64,000 nt of DNA from a virus: positions 64,001 through 128,000 of the IMG/VR virus record IMGVR_UViG_3300014613_000001; one strand, given 5' to 3'. The notes beneath the pieces are model-generated. The model saw nothing but the letters and a program-made list of their open reading frames with translations, was not told the origin of the DNA and made no database searches. Shown here in pieces: positions 55,304 to 64,000 of the stretch; the stretch's first letter is position 1; every line of letters starts with the position of its first letter. A program made the position numbers and the translations under genes.

Positions 55304-56715
55304 ATGCGTTTGACCAAGAAATCGAGCTTTTGAGCTCACGAGAAACTGCCGGTGATCAGTTCCGTAAGCTGGCCGCGGAGATCGACACGGCGAACTTCAT
55401 GAACAAGAAGAACCCTGTCACCGGTCATTCCGGTGTCGACGCCGCCTCTGTCGAGGAAGGTCTGGCTGCGGTCTTAGCCCGGAAGGGTAAGCGGAGCTTC
55501 GACGACACCATTCCGAAGGAGCGCAAAGAGTTCACCCCCCGATACGATGAGATGCCCATCATCACCCCGGCACTGGGGGCACCCCTCGCTGGCAATCCCA
55601 AGGGCTCGGCTGTGGTCAAGACGGCCTTGGAGATGGAAAAGAAGGCGTGGTTTCACCTCAAGCGCGAGGGGGATGTACAACGCCAACGGCTCACTATGGT
55701 CAGAGACCGCATCAGCGCCCCTGACTGGGATCGTGAAGTGGGCCGGAAGAAGATGGATCACTTCAACAACTTCCTGGCCATGGCCGAGCAGAGAAAGGGG
55801 AAGGCGCTCACCAAAGAAGAAGTAGACATCTTGATCACGTCCTATAACAAGGCGACGGGCACCAGCGTGCCACTGACCGAGGATTGGCACGGTGGCAGCG
55901 TCCCCTATGAAGCCTTCGAGGGTTCGAAGACGAAGACCGCCGGAGGTATCCTGCGCCCTTTTGATCCTTCTTTTCTAAAAAAGTTGGGTGAAGAAGCGGA
56001 AAGGGCGACTGAGTTTCACATCCCCACCAAGTTCACCCCAAAGCAGAAGGCCGGTTTGATCGCGGGTGGAGCTCTTACGGCCGGAACCGGCCTCGGTCTC
56101 GGTGCACTCGGGGTTCATCGGGCCGCAAGAGCTGAGAAGGATGTTCGAGATCTTTCAAAGAAAACGATCGCCGCACTTGGCACCGCGGGGTCGGATGTCA
56201 GTAAAGAGGTGATGCGGGTAGGCGGAGCGATGGCGGGAGGTGCTGATAGTTTACGAGAGGCCAGTGAAAACGTGAACAAGGTCGTGAAACCGATCGCAGA
56301 CACCGTAGAAAAGGTGCAAGGGGGGAAGAAGGCTATCGTCGATGCTGTCGAAAAGACACTGGCCAAGGCGCCGCAAGCTCAGAAAGTTGTGGCTGATACG
56401 GCTAGGAGTGGTGGAAGAGTCATTGCTAATGCCGCGCACGGCGGAAAACAGGCTATCGTCGATGCCGTTCACAGCGGGGGCAAAGCTGTGATCAGCAAAG
56501 CTCACAGTGGGAGAAAGGTTGTTTCGAACGTCGCCCGGGGTGGGAAACAGGCGGTCGTCAATACGGCTCAAGCTGCGAAAGCCGGGACGGGTAAAGCGCT
56601 GTTCCGTGTGCTCAGTCGCATAGCGAAGTACAGCCACGACACGAACTCCCGTGACATGTACATCAAGCTCGCCTCAGCGGGGCAGCTTAGGACTTTGGAG
56701 GGGTGGAACCAATGA
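55300..56715 (+). CDS. K-x-A protein with TM helix and ~11-residue amphipathic repeats
   Basis: RKLAA, EKKA and KTAG; GLIAGGALTAGTGLGLGALG; GGK(Q/K)AIVDAV-type repeats. Confidence 0.65.
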   Translation: MNAFDQEIELLSSRETAGDQFRKLAAEIDTANFMNKKNPVTGHSGVDAASVEEGLAAVLARKGKRSFDDTIPKERKEFTPRYDEMPIITPALGAPLAGNPKGSAVVKTALEMEKKAWFHLKREGDVQRQRLTMVRDRISAPDWDREVGRKKMDHFNNFLAMAEQRKGKALTKEEVDILITSYNKATGTSVPLTEDWHGGSVPYEAFEGSKTKTAGGILRPFDPSFLKKLGEEAERATEFHIPTKFTPKQKAGLIAGGALTAGTGLGLGALGVHRAARAEKDVRDLSKKTIAALGTAGSDVSKEVMRVGGAMAGGADSLREASENVNKVVKPIADTVEKVQGGKKAIVDAVEKTLAKAPQAQKVVADTARSGGRVIANAAHGGKQAIVDAVHSGGKAVISKAHSGRKVVSNVARGGKQAVVNTAQAAKAGTGKALFRVLSRIAKYSHDTNSRDMYIKLASAGQLRTLEGWNQ

Positions 56716-57089
56716 TCAGTTTTATCTCGTTCAGTGATGAGCTACAGAAGATCGCCGCGGAGGGTGCTGGGTATCGAGCTCCCACCACTTGGGATCGTCT
56801 TGGCCCAGAAGGGTATCTTGGAGAGGCGATCCCTAACGATCCTGAAGAGCGTAAGCAGAGGTATCTTAGCCGAACTAAATTTCTTCCCGTGACTTCGGGA
56901 CTTCTTGGAGGAGCTGGTATGGCGCTTGCCGGGGGGTCGCATGCTGGGGGAAAGGGCGCGCTTATCGGCGGTGCTCTCGGAGCTGCAGCCGGTGCAGGAG
57001 GATCGCTTCTTGGTAGATATCTGGCAGGGAGACATATAAAGACCAAGGCAATGGAAGAAGCTCTGGTTCGAAATACGAAGGCAAAGTAG
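56712..57089 (+). CDS. FSDELQKIA-leader Gly-zipper protein (paralog 1)
   Basis: MISFISFSDELQKIAA; GLLGGAGMALAGG...GALIGGALGAAAGAGG. Confidence 0.75.
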   Translation: MISFISFSDELQKIAAEGAGYRAPTTWDRLGPEGYLGEAIPNDPEERKQRYLSRTKFLPVTSGLLGGAGMALAGGSHAGGKGALIGGALGAAAGAGGSLLGRYLAGRHIKTKAMEEALVRNTKAK

Positions 57090-57970
57090 TGCTCCGTGTC
57101 AAAAACCTCGTTGTGAAGTCCCTCGATGTTGATCACCTGGACTTGTTCTGGGAGATTGGGGACACCTATGCGGACCCATACGACTACACGTTCGTCGTGG
57201 AACGGAGTGAGTCACCCGAGGGCCCGTGGGATCAACTGAGCGAGGCCTTCTCGGACAAGTATTTCTTCCGAGATGTGATGACCCGGCAGTTTCACCGCCA
57301 TCGGCAGCTCTGGTATCGGATCAAGATTACACGGCTGTCGGACAGCAACGTGGTCTACTCTGGTCCTTCGGCCCGACAGCCCCAGCCCGACCTCATCGCA
57401 CAAGAAGTTCGTAGGCTGGAGTTCCTTTTGTTGAAGGAGCATGTCGGTCGGACCGTATGGCTCTTCCCAGTTCGAACATTTGGCCAGCGCTGCCGCGCAT
57501 GCTACGATCCGGTCTCCAAGACGCGGACACGATCCAACTGTCTCACGTGCTACGACACAACCTACGTTCGCGGGTATCTTGATCCCATTGCACTTCCGAT
57601 CCAGATCGACCCCTCGCCAAAGGTCACACAGCAGACGGCGATGATGGAGTCTCAAGAGCAGAATGTGACGGCGCGGACGTCGTATTACCCGCCCATCAAG
57701 CCACGTGATCTGATCGTCGAGGCCGAGAACATTCGGTGGCAGGTCTACTCGGTGTCAACGACACAGCGTCTCCGAGCTGTGTTGCACCAAGAGCTCACCA
57801 TGCACCGGGTACCGGAGACGGACATCGAGTTCCGGCTTCCGATCAACATCGACAGTCTCCGGGATCTCCAGCCGAGCCCGGGGCGCACTTTTACGAATCC
57901 GCATCACCTCGAGTGCGAACGCGGGGCTGATCTACGCACGAGCATGTTGAAAGGACACGGTCATGATTAG
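57089..57970 (+). CDS. Neck/head-closure protein with Cys cluster
   Basis: GQRC.AC.D......NCLTCY.T.YV.GY and GDL-like RDLIVE...RWQV patterns of myovirus head-closure proteins. Confidence 0.65.
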   Translation: MLRVKNLVVKSLDVDHLDLFWEIGDTYADPYDYTFVVERSESPEGPWDQLSEAFSDKYFFRDVMTRQFHRHRQLWYRIKITRLSDSNVVYSGPSARQPQPDLIAQEVRRLEFLLLKEHVGRTVWLFPVRTFGQRCRACYDPVSKTRTRSNCLTCYDTTYVRGYLDPIALPIQIDPSPKVTQQTAMMESQEQNVTARTSYYPPIKPRDLIVEAENIRWQVYSVSTTQRLRAVLHQELTMHRVPETDIEFRLPINIDSLRDLQPSPGRTFTNPHHLECERGADLRTSMLKGHGHD

Positions 57971-58256
57971 TTTCACAGCATTCAGTGACGAGCTACAGAA
58001 GATCGCGCAGTACGACCAACAGTACGATCCCGACAAAGGGGCCAAGATAGTCGGTGCGCTGACAGGTATGGGTTTGGGGGCAGCCGGCGGAGCGAAGCTG
58101 GTAGGGAAGTCGTTGGGGGGCAAGGCACGCATCCCTGCTGCTGTTCTCGGAGCTCTTGTCGGTGGTCTCGGAGGACGAGAGGTCGGTGAGGGGGCGGCCA
58201 CGGCAGGACGCGGTCTCCGCATGACGGCCGCGGGAACAAGGCAGGCGTTGAGGTGA
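57963..58256 (+). CDS. FSDELQKIA-leader Gly-zipper protein (paralog 2)
   Basis: MISFTAFSDELQKIAQ; GALTGMGLGAAGG and AVLGALVGGLGG. Confidence 0.75.
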   Translation: MISFTAFSDELQKIAQYDQQYDPDKGAKIVGALTGMGLGAAGGAKLVGKSLGGKARIPAAVLGALVGGLGGREVGEGAATAGRGLRMTAAGTRQALR

Positions 58257-58594
58257 TCGACTTCTCCTCATTCTCAGACGAGCTGCAGAAGATCGCGGCG
58301 GATACGGGGCCGACAAAGCCGATCAACAAAGAGCTCTTCATCCAGTTCTTGAAGAACACCGGGGCCATTGCTGCTGGTACGGGCCTCGGGTATGGGGCTG
58401 GGTCGCTTGCTCGAAATGCACTCAGTAGATATGCCGGACCCCGCTCGAGCTCGTGGAGAAAGCCGCTGGCTATCGGTCTTCCGATCGCGGGTGGCATGGC
58501 TGCTATGCTGTACAAGAGTGTGCTCGATAAGAAGAAGAACGAGCTCTTGGACGAGGCGTACCAGCGGGGGCTGAAAGAACGAAGTGCCAAGTAA
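58253..58594 (+). CDS. FSDELQKIA-leader Gly-zipper protein (paralog 3)
   Basis: MIDFSSFSDELQKIAA; GAIAAGTGLGYGAG and LAIGLPIAGGMAAML. Confidence 0.75.
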   Translation: MIDFSSFSDELQKIAADTGPTKPINKELFIQFLKNTGAIAAGTGLGYGAGSLARNALSRYAGPRSSSWRKPLAIGLPIAGGMAAMLYKSVLDKKKNELLDEAYQRGLKERSAK

Positions 58595-59426
58595 GGTTCA
58601 AGTTTCGGACCCGACTCCGGGGACGCTGAGCAGCTGGGCGGACAGCCCTCTGCGCCACCTTATGCGCATTTGCATCCTTTTTTTGCAGGCACTATACACG
58701 TCGGCCCCCAAGGGTCACTTCCATTGGTCGGACGACGATGAGCTCTCGGAGATCCTGATCACGAAAGAAGTGCCCATCGAATCAGATGTGGTTCACAAAC
58801 GACCGGTCATCGTCTTGGTCCGTTCTCCAGTAGCGTGGCAGGGCCTTGGCCTTGATCAGTTAGATTCCGAAAGCATCAAGACCGGAGCACGTGATCACGT
58901 TGACATGCTCTCGGGTAATCTGACGTTCAACTGCCTGTCCGCAGTACCTGACGAGGCAGAGGTCATCGCATGGCTGACGGCGTCCCATACCTGGCTTCTG
59001 CGGCGTGTTCTGATGAAGCTGGGCTTTCACGACATCGGGCAGCGAATGCAGATCGGTTCACCTACACCTCCAGGGCAACTCGTTCGCGGGTCATCCAAGA
59101 GCGAGATCGTCAACGTCCCCGCGTTCACGACCTTCCAGTTTGGGTGGGGTGCCCGTGTGCTCGAAGAGGATGTCCCGGTTCTGCGGCAGATCGAGACAAC
59201 TCTGGTCGCCTCCATGCTGCCAGCATTTCGGCCTACCAACACAATAATGGAGGGTGGGTGGGGCACAGGTCTGGTGCAGGTAGACGGCTCTCCTATAGAA
59301 TTTGAGAACATGAAACGGCCGATTCGCTCTCCTACTGTCCGAGGGCGGCCGGCGACGGTTACGCAGGTGCTTGGGAATGATCCCAGCCCGTTGACACAGC
59401 GAATCATCATTGATGACAAGGGGTAA
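58584..59426 (+). CDS. Tail terminator/completion protein
   Basis: Directly upstream of the sheath; P(V)IV..RS and G.L.FNC patterns. Confidence 0.55.
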   Translation: MPSKVQVSDPTPGTLSSWADSPLRHLMRICILFLQALYTSAPKGHFHWSDDDELSEILITKEVPIESDVVHKRPVIVLVRSPVAWQGLGLDQLDSESIKTGARDHVDMLSGNLTFNCLSAVPDEAEVIAWLTASHTWLLRRVLMKLGFHDIGQRMQIGSPTPPGQLVRGSSKSEIVNVPAFTTFQFGWGARVLEEDVPVLRQIETTLVASMLPAFRPTNTIMEGGWGTGLVQVDGSPIEFENMKRPIRSPTVRGRPATVTQVLGNDPSPLTQRIIIDDKG

Positions 59427-59429
59427 CCC

Positions 59430-62400
59430 ATGGCAGCCATCGCAGAGCTCCCGCAGCCGGGAGTCAAAGTCATTCAGGAATACACGGCGTCGGCGCCGAC
59501 CATTGTGGTACCGACACTGGCCCCGGTCATCGTTGGTGCGTGCTACGAGATCAACGAGCTGACCGATACAGACGGGGCACTCAACGCTGAGATCCTCGTG
59601 TCGGGTCCCGCTATCGCCACAGCGCCGAACGATGATGCCAGTTATACGGCGATGTCGGCGAAGACTCTGCTGGTCAGGGTCAGCGGAGGTCCGATCCAGA
59701 CCTTCACGATGCCGGCGACCGCGTCGCTCACGGCGACTCAGGTTGCGGCGGCCATCAACGGCGCCAGCGTGGCTCCGGTTGGGTTTGCTGCCTATGTCTA
59801 CCAGGACGTTGCCTCGGATGATTTTCTCCAGCTGCGGACTACCGCTTCGGGCTCGAATGTCACTCTCACGATCGTGGGCGGGACACTGCTCGATGCTCCG
59901 AACCAACTCGGCTGGGGAAAGGGGTACACCTACTACGGACTCGGGACCTACATCCAAGATCAGGTCTACCTGAAGCAGGAGTCCTTCCCTGATCCACTGG
60001 ATATCGGCGACGAGCGCGACATCATCGAGGCCTCTATCCGGGTGTTCGTGGACCTATCTACTGAGAGTCGGGAGATTCTGCGCACGGAGTCTTTTCTCCG
60101 GGGTGACAACTACAACGTCGCCCTCAACTACGGCGTCATGGCCGTGGACGACGGAGACGGGGATCAGACCACGCCGTACGTGAAGCTCCTCGGCACGGGC
60201 GGGGCGATCCCGAACCTCTTGGCAGCCCCCGGGTCAGCGGTCGTCACGAGCACGGTGGTCGACTACACCGCGGACCTGCTGGACATCAACAACAAGACCC
60301 TGATCCTCCAGCTCAACGGATCCGGCAAGCAGACCGTGGTCTTTCAAGGTGACCCGGTCGTCTCCGAAGCGGTCGGCGCGCTCATCCCCTACACGGGGAC
60401 GATCACCATGACCGTCAACGGGGTCACCGGTGTTGCCGTCAGTGTTGTGGCCGCGGGCTCTCTGGCTGCTCTCGTGACGGCCATCAACACGGATGCGGGT
60501 GTCGTTGCACTCGGTGTGGGGTCCATCGCCTTCGCCGCAGATGCCAATGGCAACGCGGGCGCCACACATCTCGGTCTCCTGGTGGGCGCTAACCCGCTGG
60601 CCCCCGTGGACAACAGTGACGTCAAGGTCACGGCCGAGACCGGAGCAGCATTGTTCTTGGCTCCGAGCCTACCCTACCAGCAGACACTGCAGATCGGTGG
60701 AGCCGGACCTCGAGATACAGCGTGGGGCCAGATCAACAACGTCATGGGCGTCACTCTCGGAGCGCTCTCCGCGACGAACATGACGCTGACCAGCGCGACC
60801 TCGGGCTACGAGTCGAAGATCGAGATCGACTCGTTGAGCACGGCGCTGACTGCTCTCGGTCTGGCGGCTGGTTCGACCTATGGAGCTCCGTTCGTCACCC
60901 GTGTCGGTGACTACTTGTACGGAAACGGGACCTTGGTCGGCATGGTCACAGAGGTTCATGCCGGCGGTGTCTCGGGCAGACTGAAGTTGGATCGTGAGGT
61001 GCTGCTGACTCTCACGGCCAAGTTCTGGTACATCATCTCCAAGAACCTGGACACGGTGGTCTCGACCCAGTGGGGCGTTAGCGTCCCGATTCCTGATCTT
61101 CGCCTCGATACGAACGGGGATGTGCTGATCAAGCACGACTTCCTTCGCGACACCGGAGGTGCCCCTGTCGGGGTGACTTCGGTGAACGCCTACTGCATGT
61201 ACAGCGCGCTGCGAACGGACGTGTCTCCTGCCGCAGCCAGCCCGGCGCTTCTCAGCTTCTCGGACTACGACGACCTCGAGGCTGCGCTGCCTCCGGTCAC
61301 CCCGGACAACCCGCTCTCCTACGGGCTCTACGTAGCCATGCAGAACTGTCCCGGGTGCGAGGTCTACGGAACCGGTGTCTCGGCGATCTCGGCTGACGCA
61401 CCCTACGGAACCACGGCGGCGTTCTCTTCGGCCCTCGATTTCCTCGAGAGCAAAGAGGTCTATGGTATCGCCTGCATGACTTCCGAGCCCGACGTCGCCT
61501 CGATTCTCTACACTCATGTCGAGGCCATGAGCGAGCCCGATCAAAAGATGGAGCGCATCGGTGTCATCCATCTGGGCCTGCCGACCAGTGAGTTGAGCAC
61601 GATCGTCATCTCCGGAAGCGATGGAGATTACGTGGCGGGTCCAGCCTTCGATACGAAGATGGCGTCCCTGTCTGCTGCTCTGTTGGCAGAGGGTATCGAC
61701 CCGACCAACATCACGGTCTCGGATGGGGTCTTCCTCGACATCGCCGAAGACGACTACAAGTGGAACATCACAGGGCCGCTCATCACCGGTACTACGGTGT
61801 CGATCAACACGACTTTCGCAGCCGGTGAGAACGACGATGCCTACTACGCGACCGGCACATTCCCGATCACTCTGGTGAGCGAGACTTTCAGTGTGAGCAT
61901 CCGTGGGGCAGCCATCACAACCAAGGCCAAGGAAGTGGAGACGGTCTACAACCGTGGTCAGAGCTTCTCCAGCCGCAGAATCTGGATGGTTCAGTGCGAC
62001 GAGCTTCGAGCCAGTGTCGACGGAGTGGACTCGGCCATCGAAGGCTTCTACGGATGCGCCGCCAAGGTCGGCATGGTTGCCGGCCTGAACCCCGCGCTGC
62101 CGATGACCAACAGAAGCATCGCGGTCTTCACCGGGGTCACCGGGACGAAGGATCGATACAAGAACAGCGAGCTCAACCAGATGGCTGCTGGCGGGGCTGA
62201 CCTGATCATACAGGATTCGGCTGGCGCTTCTTGCTACTCGCGTATGCAGGTCACCACCAAGCTGACCAGCATCGCGGAGCGCGAGCAGAGTGTGGTGAAG
62301 GCCGTGGACTACTGCGCCAAGTTCTACCGTGCCACTCTGCGGCGCTACATCGGCAGCTACAACATCACCCAGTCCTTCCTCGATACCCTGTCGGCTGTCA

Positions 62401-62564
62401 CCGAGGCCCTGAGCCGGTGGTTGGTCGAAGAGGGCAAGGTTGTGGCCGGTGCGAACATGAGCAACCTTCTGCAGGACAGCGTCCAGACAGACACGGTTCT
62501 CGCAGATATCAGTTTGACGATGTTGTACCCGAATAACTATTTGCAAATTACTTTGCTGATATAG
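59430..62564 (+). CDS. Contractile tail sheath protein with large insertion domains
   Basis: N-terminal QPGVKVIQEY...PVIVG; C-terminal ALDFLESKEVY, ERIG, SRRIW, LNQMAAGG, REQSVVKAVDY and P.NY.QITL. Confidence 0.9.
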   Translation: MAAIAELPQPGVKVIQEYTASAPTIVVPTLAPVIVGACYEINELTDTDGALNAEILVSGPAIATAPNDDASYTAMSAKTLLVRVSGGPIQTFTMPATASLTATQVAAAINGASVAPVGFAAYVYQDVASDDFLQLRTTASGSNVTLTIVGGTLLDAPNQLGWGKGYTYYGLGTYIQDQVYLKQESFPDPLDIGDERDIIEASIRVFVDLSTESREILRTESFLRGDNYNVALNYGVMAVDDGDGDQTTPYVKLLGTGGAIPNLLAAPGSAVVTSTVVDYTADLLDINNKTLILQLNGSGKQTVVFQGDPVVSEAVGALIPYTGTITMTVNGVTGVAVSVVAAGSLAALVTAINTDAGVVALGVGSIAFAADANGNAGATHLGLLVGANPLAPVDNSDVKVTAETGAALFLAPSLPYQQTLQIGGAGPRDTAWGQINNVMGVTLGALSATNMTLTSATSGYESKIEIDSLSTALTALGLAAGSTYGAPFVTRVGDYLYGNGTLVGMVTEVHAGGVSGRLKLDREVLLTLTAKFWYIISKNLDTVVSTQWGVSVPIPDLRLDTNGDVLIKHDFLRDTGGAPVGVTSVNAYCMYSALRTDVSPAAASPALLSFSDYDDLEAALPPVTPDNPLSYGLYVAMQNCPGCEVYGTGVSAISADAPYGTTAAFSSALDFLESKEVYGIACMTSEPDVASILYTHVEAMSEPDQKMERIGVIHLGLPTSELSTIVISGSDGDYVAGPAFDTKMASLSAALLAEGIDPTNITVSDGVFLDIAEDDYKWNITGPLITGTTVSINTTFAAGENDDAYYATGTFPITLVSETFSVSIRGAAITTKAKEVETVYNRGQSFSSRRIWMVQCDELRASVDGVDSAIEGFYGCAAKVGMVAGLNPALPMTNRSIAVFTGVTGTKDRYKNSELNQMAAGGADLIIQDSAGASCYSRMQVTTKLTSIAEREQSVVKAVDYCAKFYRATLRRYIGSYNITQSFLDTLSAVTEALSRWLVEEGKVVAGANMSNLLQDSVQTDTVLADISLTMLYPNNYLQITLLI

Positions 62565-62567
62565 CTA

Positions 62568-62597
62568 TTGCAATACAGTTATCCTGTGTAGTATAAT
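62568..62597 (+). promoter_or_regulatory. Sigma70-type promoter for the HNH gene
   Basis: TTGCAA (62568-73), 18 nt, TATAAT (62592-97); AGGAGGA SD before the ATG at 62635. Confidence 0.7.
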
Positions 62598-62634
62598 GCT
62601 CTTGTAGGCAAATTGTTGTCTGCAGGAGGATTAG

Positions 62635-63558
62635 ATGAAGGGTACCTGCAAAGTTGATGATTGCTCCAATCCTATCCGGTATGGCTCGGGTTTCTGCGCC
62701 AAGCATCACGCTCAATTCCAAAACAAAATCCTAGATAAAGACGGTTTGCAGCTGCGTCCTCTTCGAAGGACAGTGCAGCAAGAGACGTGCATTGCTCTTG
62801 GATGCTCAGGCAGTCCAATATCAAGGCAATTTTGCAATGCGCACTACAAGCAGTGGCGCAACGGAATTATCGACGAGAGTGGAGTGTCGATCCGGGAGGT
62901 GCAGGTAAAGCACATACAGATTGGGAGGTGCCTTGTTGCCGATTGCTCTGAAAAACAAAAATCAAGAGGGTTTTGTCGCAAGCATTACAGCCAGTGGAAG
63001 TACGGAATTATTGACGAAACGGGGAACCAGCTTAGGGAGCTAACTCGTGTTGGTACTTACGATGGCGCTTTGTGTAAGATTGATGGATGCAATGTCAATG
63101 CGAAGAGCCGAGGATTTTGTGAACGACATCATCAGCAGTTTCTACGGAGACGTATTGACATCGAGGGTAATGAGCTTCGAAAAAAGTGGGCTCGTCATCC
63201 GAGGAATGGATATAGATATGTTTCTGGAGGTTATGTAAAAATCATGGCTAAGAACCATCCAAACAAGGATAGAGACGGATATGTCTTTGAACATCGGCTT
63301 GTGATGGAAGAGCATCTCGAACGGCACCTTGATCCTACGGAACGGGTACACCACCTCAATGGGCAAAAAGATGACAATCGACTTGAGAATCTTCAGTTGA
63401 TGTCATCCATGCACGATCATCCTCCCTTCCTCGAGCATCTTGATGACATTGATTCTGCTGTGGATGTGCTCGATCAACTGATCAACAAAAATGTTACCAA
63501 TGGACCTGCGATCAAGGCTCGTTTGCAGAAGATAGCCAAGCGCTTGCCTACCAGATAG
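62635..63558 (+). CDS. Free-standing HNH homing endonuclease with four tandem Cys3His repeats
   Basis: Four C....C........FC..H repeats, then GYV...HP......[10 protein letters not shown].......VHH.NG.K.DNR.ENL (HNH_3). Markedly AT-richer than flanks; inserted between sheath and tube. Confidence 0.85.
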   Translation: MKGTCKVDDCSNPIRYGSGFCAKHHAQFQNKILDKDGLQLRPLRRTVQQETCIALGCSGSPISRQFCNAHYKQWRNGIIDESGVSIREVQVKHIQIGRCLVADCSEKQKSRGFCRKHYSQWKYGIIDETGNQLRELTRVGTYDGALCKIDGCNVNAKSRGFCERHHQQFLRRRIDIEGNELRKKWARHPRNGYRYVSGGYVKIMAKNHPNKDRDGYVFEHRLVMEEHLERHLDPTERVHHLNGQKDDNRLENLQLMSSMHDHPPFLEHLDDIDSAVDVLDQLINKNVTNGPAIKARLQKIAKRLPTR

Positions 63559-63598
63559 AATGGAGGTTGTGCTAGTATACGAGAGGTAGGAGGCCACC

Positions 63599-64000
63599 AT
63601 GGCAGGACCGTTTGAGAGCTGGAACCCGATGAACCACTACGTCCAGAACGGGCTGACGGACGGTCGGTTCGTGGCGGGTGGGCTCACCATGATCGCTGCG
63701 GGGCCTCCGCGCCTCAAGCAGCTGGGAGGGGCGTCGGCGATCAGTCTCAGCGAGAATGATCGCGATATTGTCTATCCAATCGGCGTCACACAGAACTTCA
63801 ACCTGCAGCAGAACAAGCAGTTCATGCGGGTCTTCGAGCTTGGCAGCGAGCGTAGCTACTGGATCGGCGGTCGGGCGACCGGCAGTCTCCAGCTGTCTCG
63901 CGTGTACTACCACGGCATGTCTCTGCTTCGGATCCTGTATGCCTACTACCAGGATCTGGTAGGCGATGTGCAGGTTCCGTGGGTCTTCCCGAACCCTGGT
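63599..64000 (+). CDS. Tail tube protein (3' partial; not in ORF track)
   Basis: AGGAGG SD; MAGPFESWNP...YPIGVTQNFNLQQNKQFMRVFELGSERSY... is open to the window end and follows the sheath. Confidence 0.75.
   Translation, partial: MAGPFESWNPMNHYVQNGLTDGRFVAGGLTMIAAGPPRLKQLGGASAISLSENDRDIVYPIGVTQNFNLQQNKQFMRVFELGSERSYWIGGRATGSLQLSRVYYHGMSLLRILYAYYQDLVGDVQVPWVFPNPG

Noticed and set aside
25458-62546. Long antisense ORFs (25458..27056, 29559..31244, 41888..42808, 49046..50596, 51053..52165, 53534..55216, 60669..62546)
   Set aside because: They are shadow frames opposite strongly GC3-biased genes, with no motifs or RBS and an implausible composition.
1-64000. Stop-codon reassignment (alternative genetic code) as in some large phages
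   Set aside because: Conserved genes translate full length in code 11 and end with TAA, TAG and TGA; only one isolated possible TGA readthrough (3480) was seen.
1-64000. tRNA or rRNA genes
   Set aside because: No cloverleaf or rRNA signature was recognised in the short intergenic regions; a tRNAscan/ARAGORN run would be needed to exclude them fully.

Overview
This window (GC-rich by inspection) is part of a large contractile-tailed dsDNA phage genome, probably a jumbo myovirus. It is organised in alternating strand blocks. Minus-strand blocks hold replication and recombination genes: RusA-like and Hjc-like resolvases, a solo Cas4-like exonuclease, RecA, an HU-like protein, family A DNA polymerase split by an ORF-less group I intron, gp32-like SSB, DnaG primase, DnaB helicase with a LAGLIDADG intein, an Hfq/Sm-like protein, DUF932, a family 4 UDG variant and an SF2 helicase. 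Plus-strand blocks hold virion genes: tail fibre, portal, baseplate spike, terminase, prohead protease, major capsid, neck, sheath and tube. Embedded among them are a ~2050-aa single-chain beta-beta' RNA polymerase and a 5-spacer type I-E CRISPR mini-array with no cas operon in the window. The most unusual signals are four. (i) The fused RNAP is accompanied by a perfectly conserved bipartite motif, GCTAGAT-N18-CTTATACC, at three divergent block junctions and a related motif at the block ends. (ii) Many head-region proteins share a 'F-x-D-E-L-x-K-I-A'/K-x-A leader followed by Gly-zipper or amphipathic segments. (iii) A covarying triple-hairpin element and an inverted-repeat-flanked gene lie near 2.4-3.15 kb. 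(iv) Unannotated micro-ORFs sit between portal and RNAP. All functional calls come from motif recognition by eye; no database searches were run.
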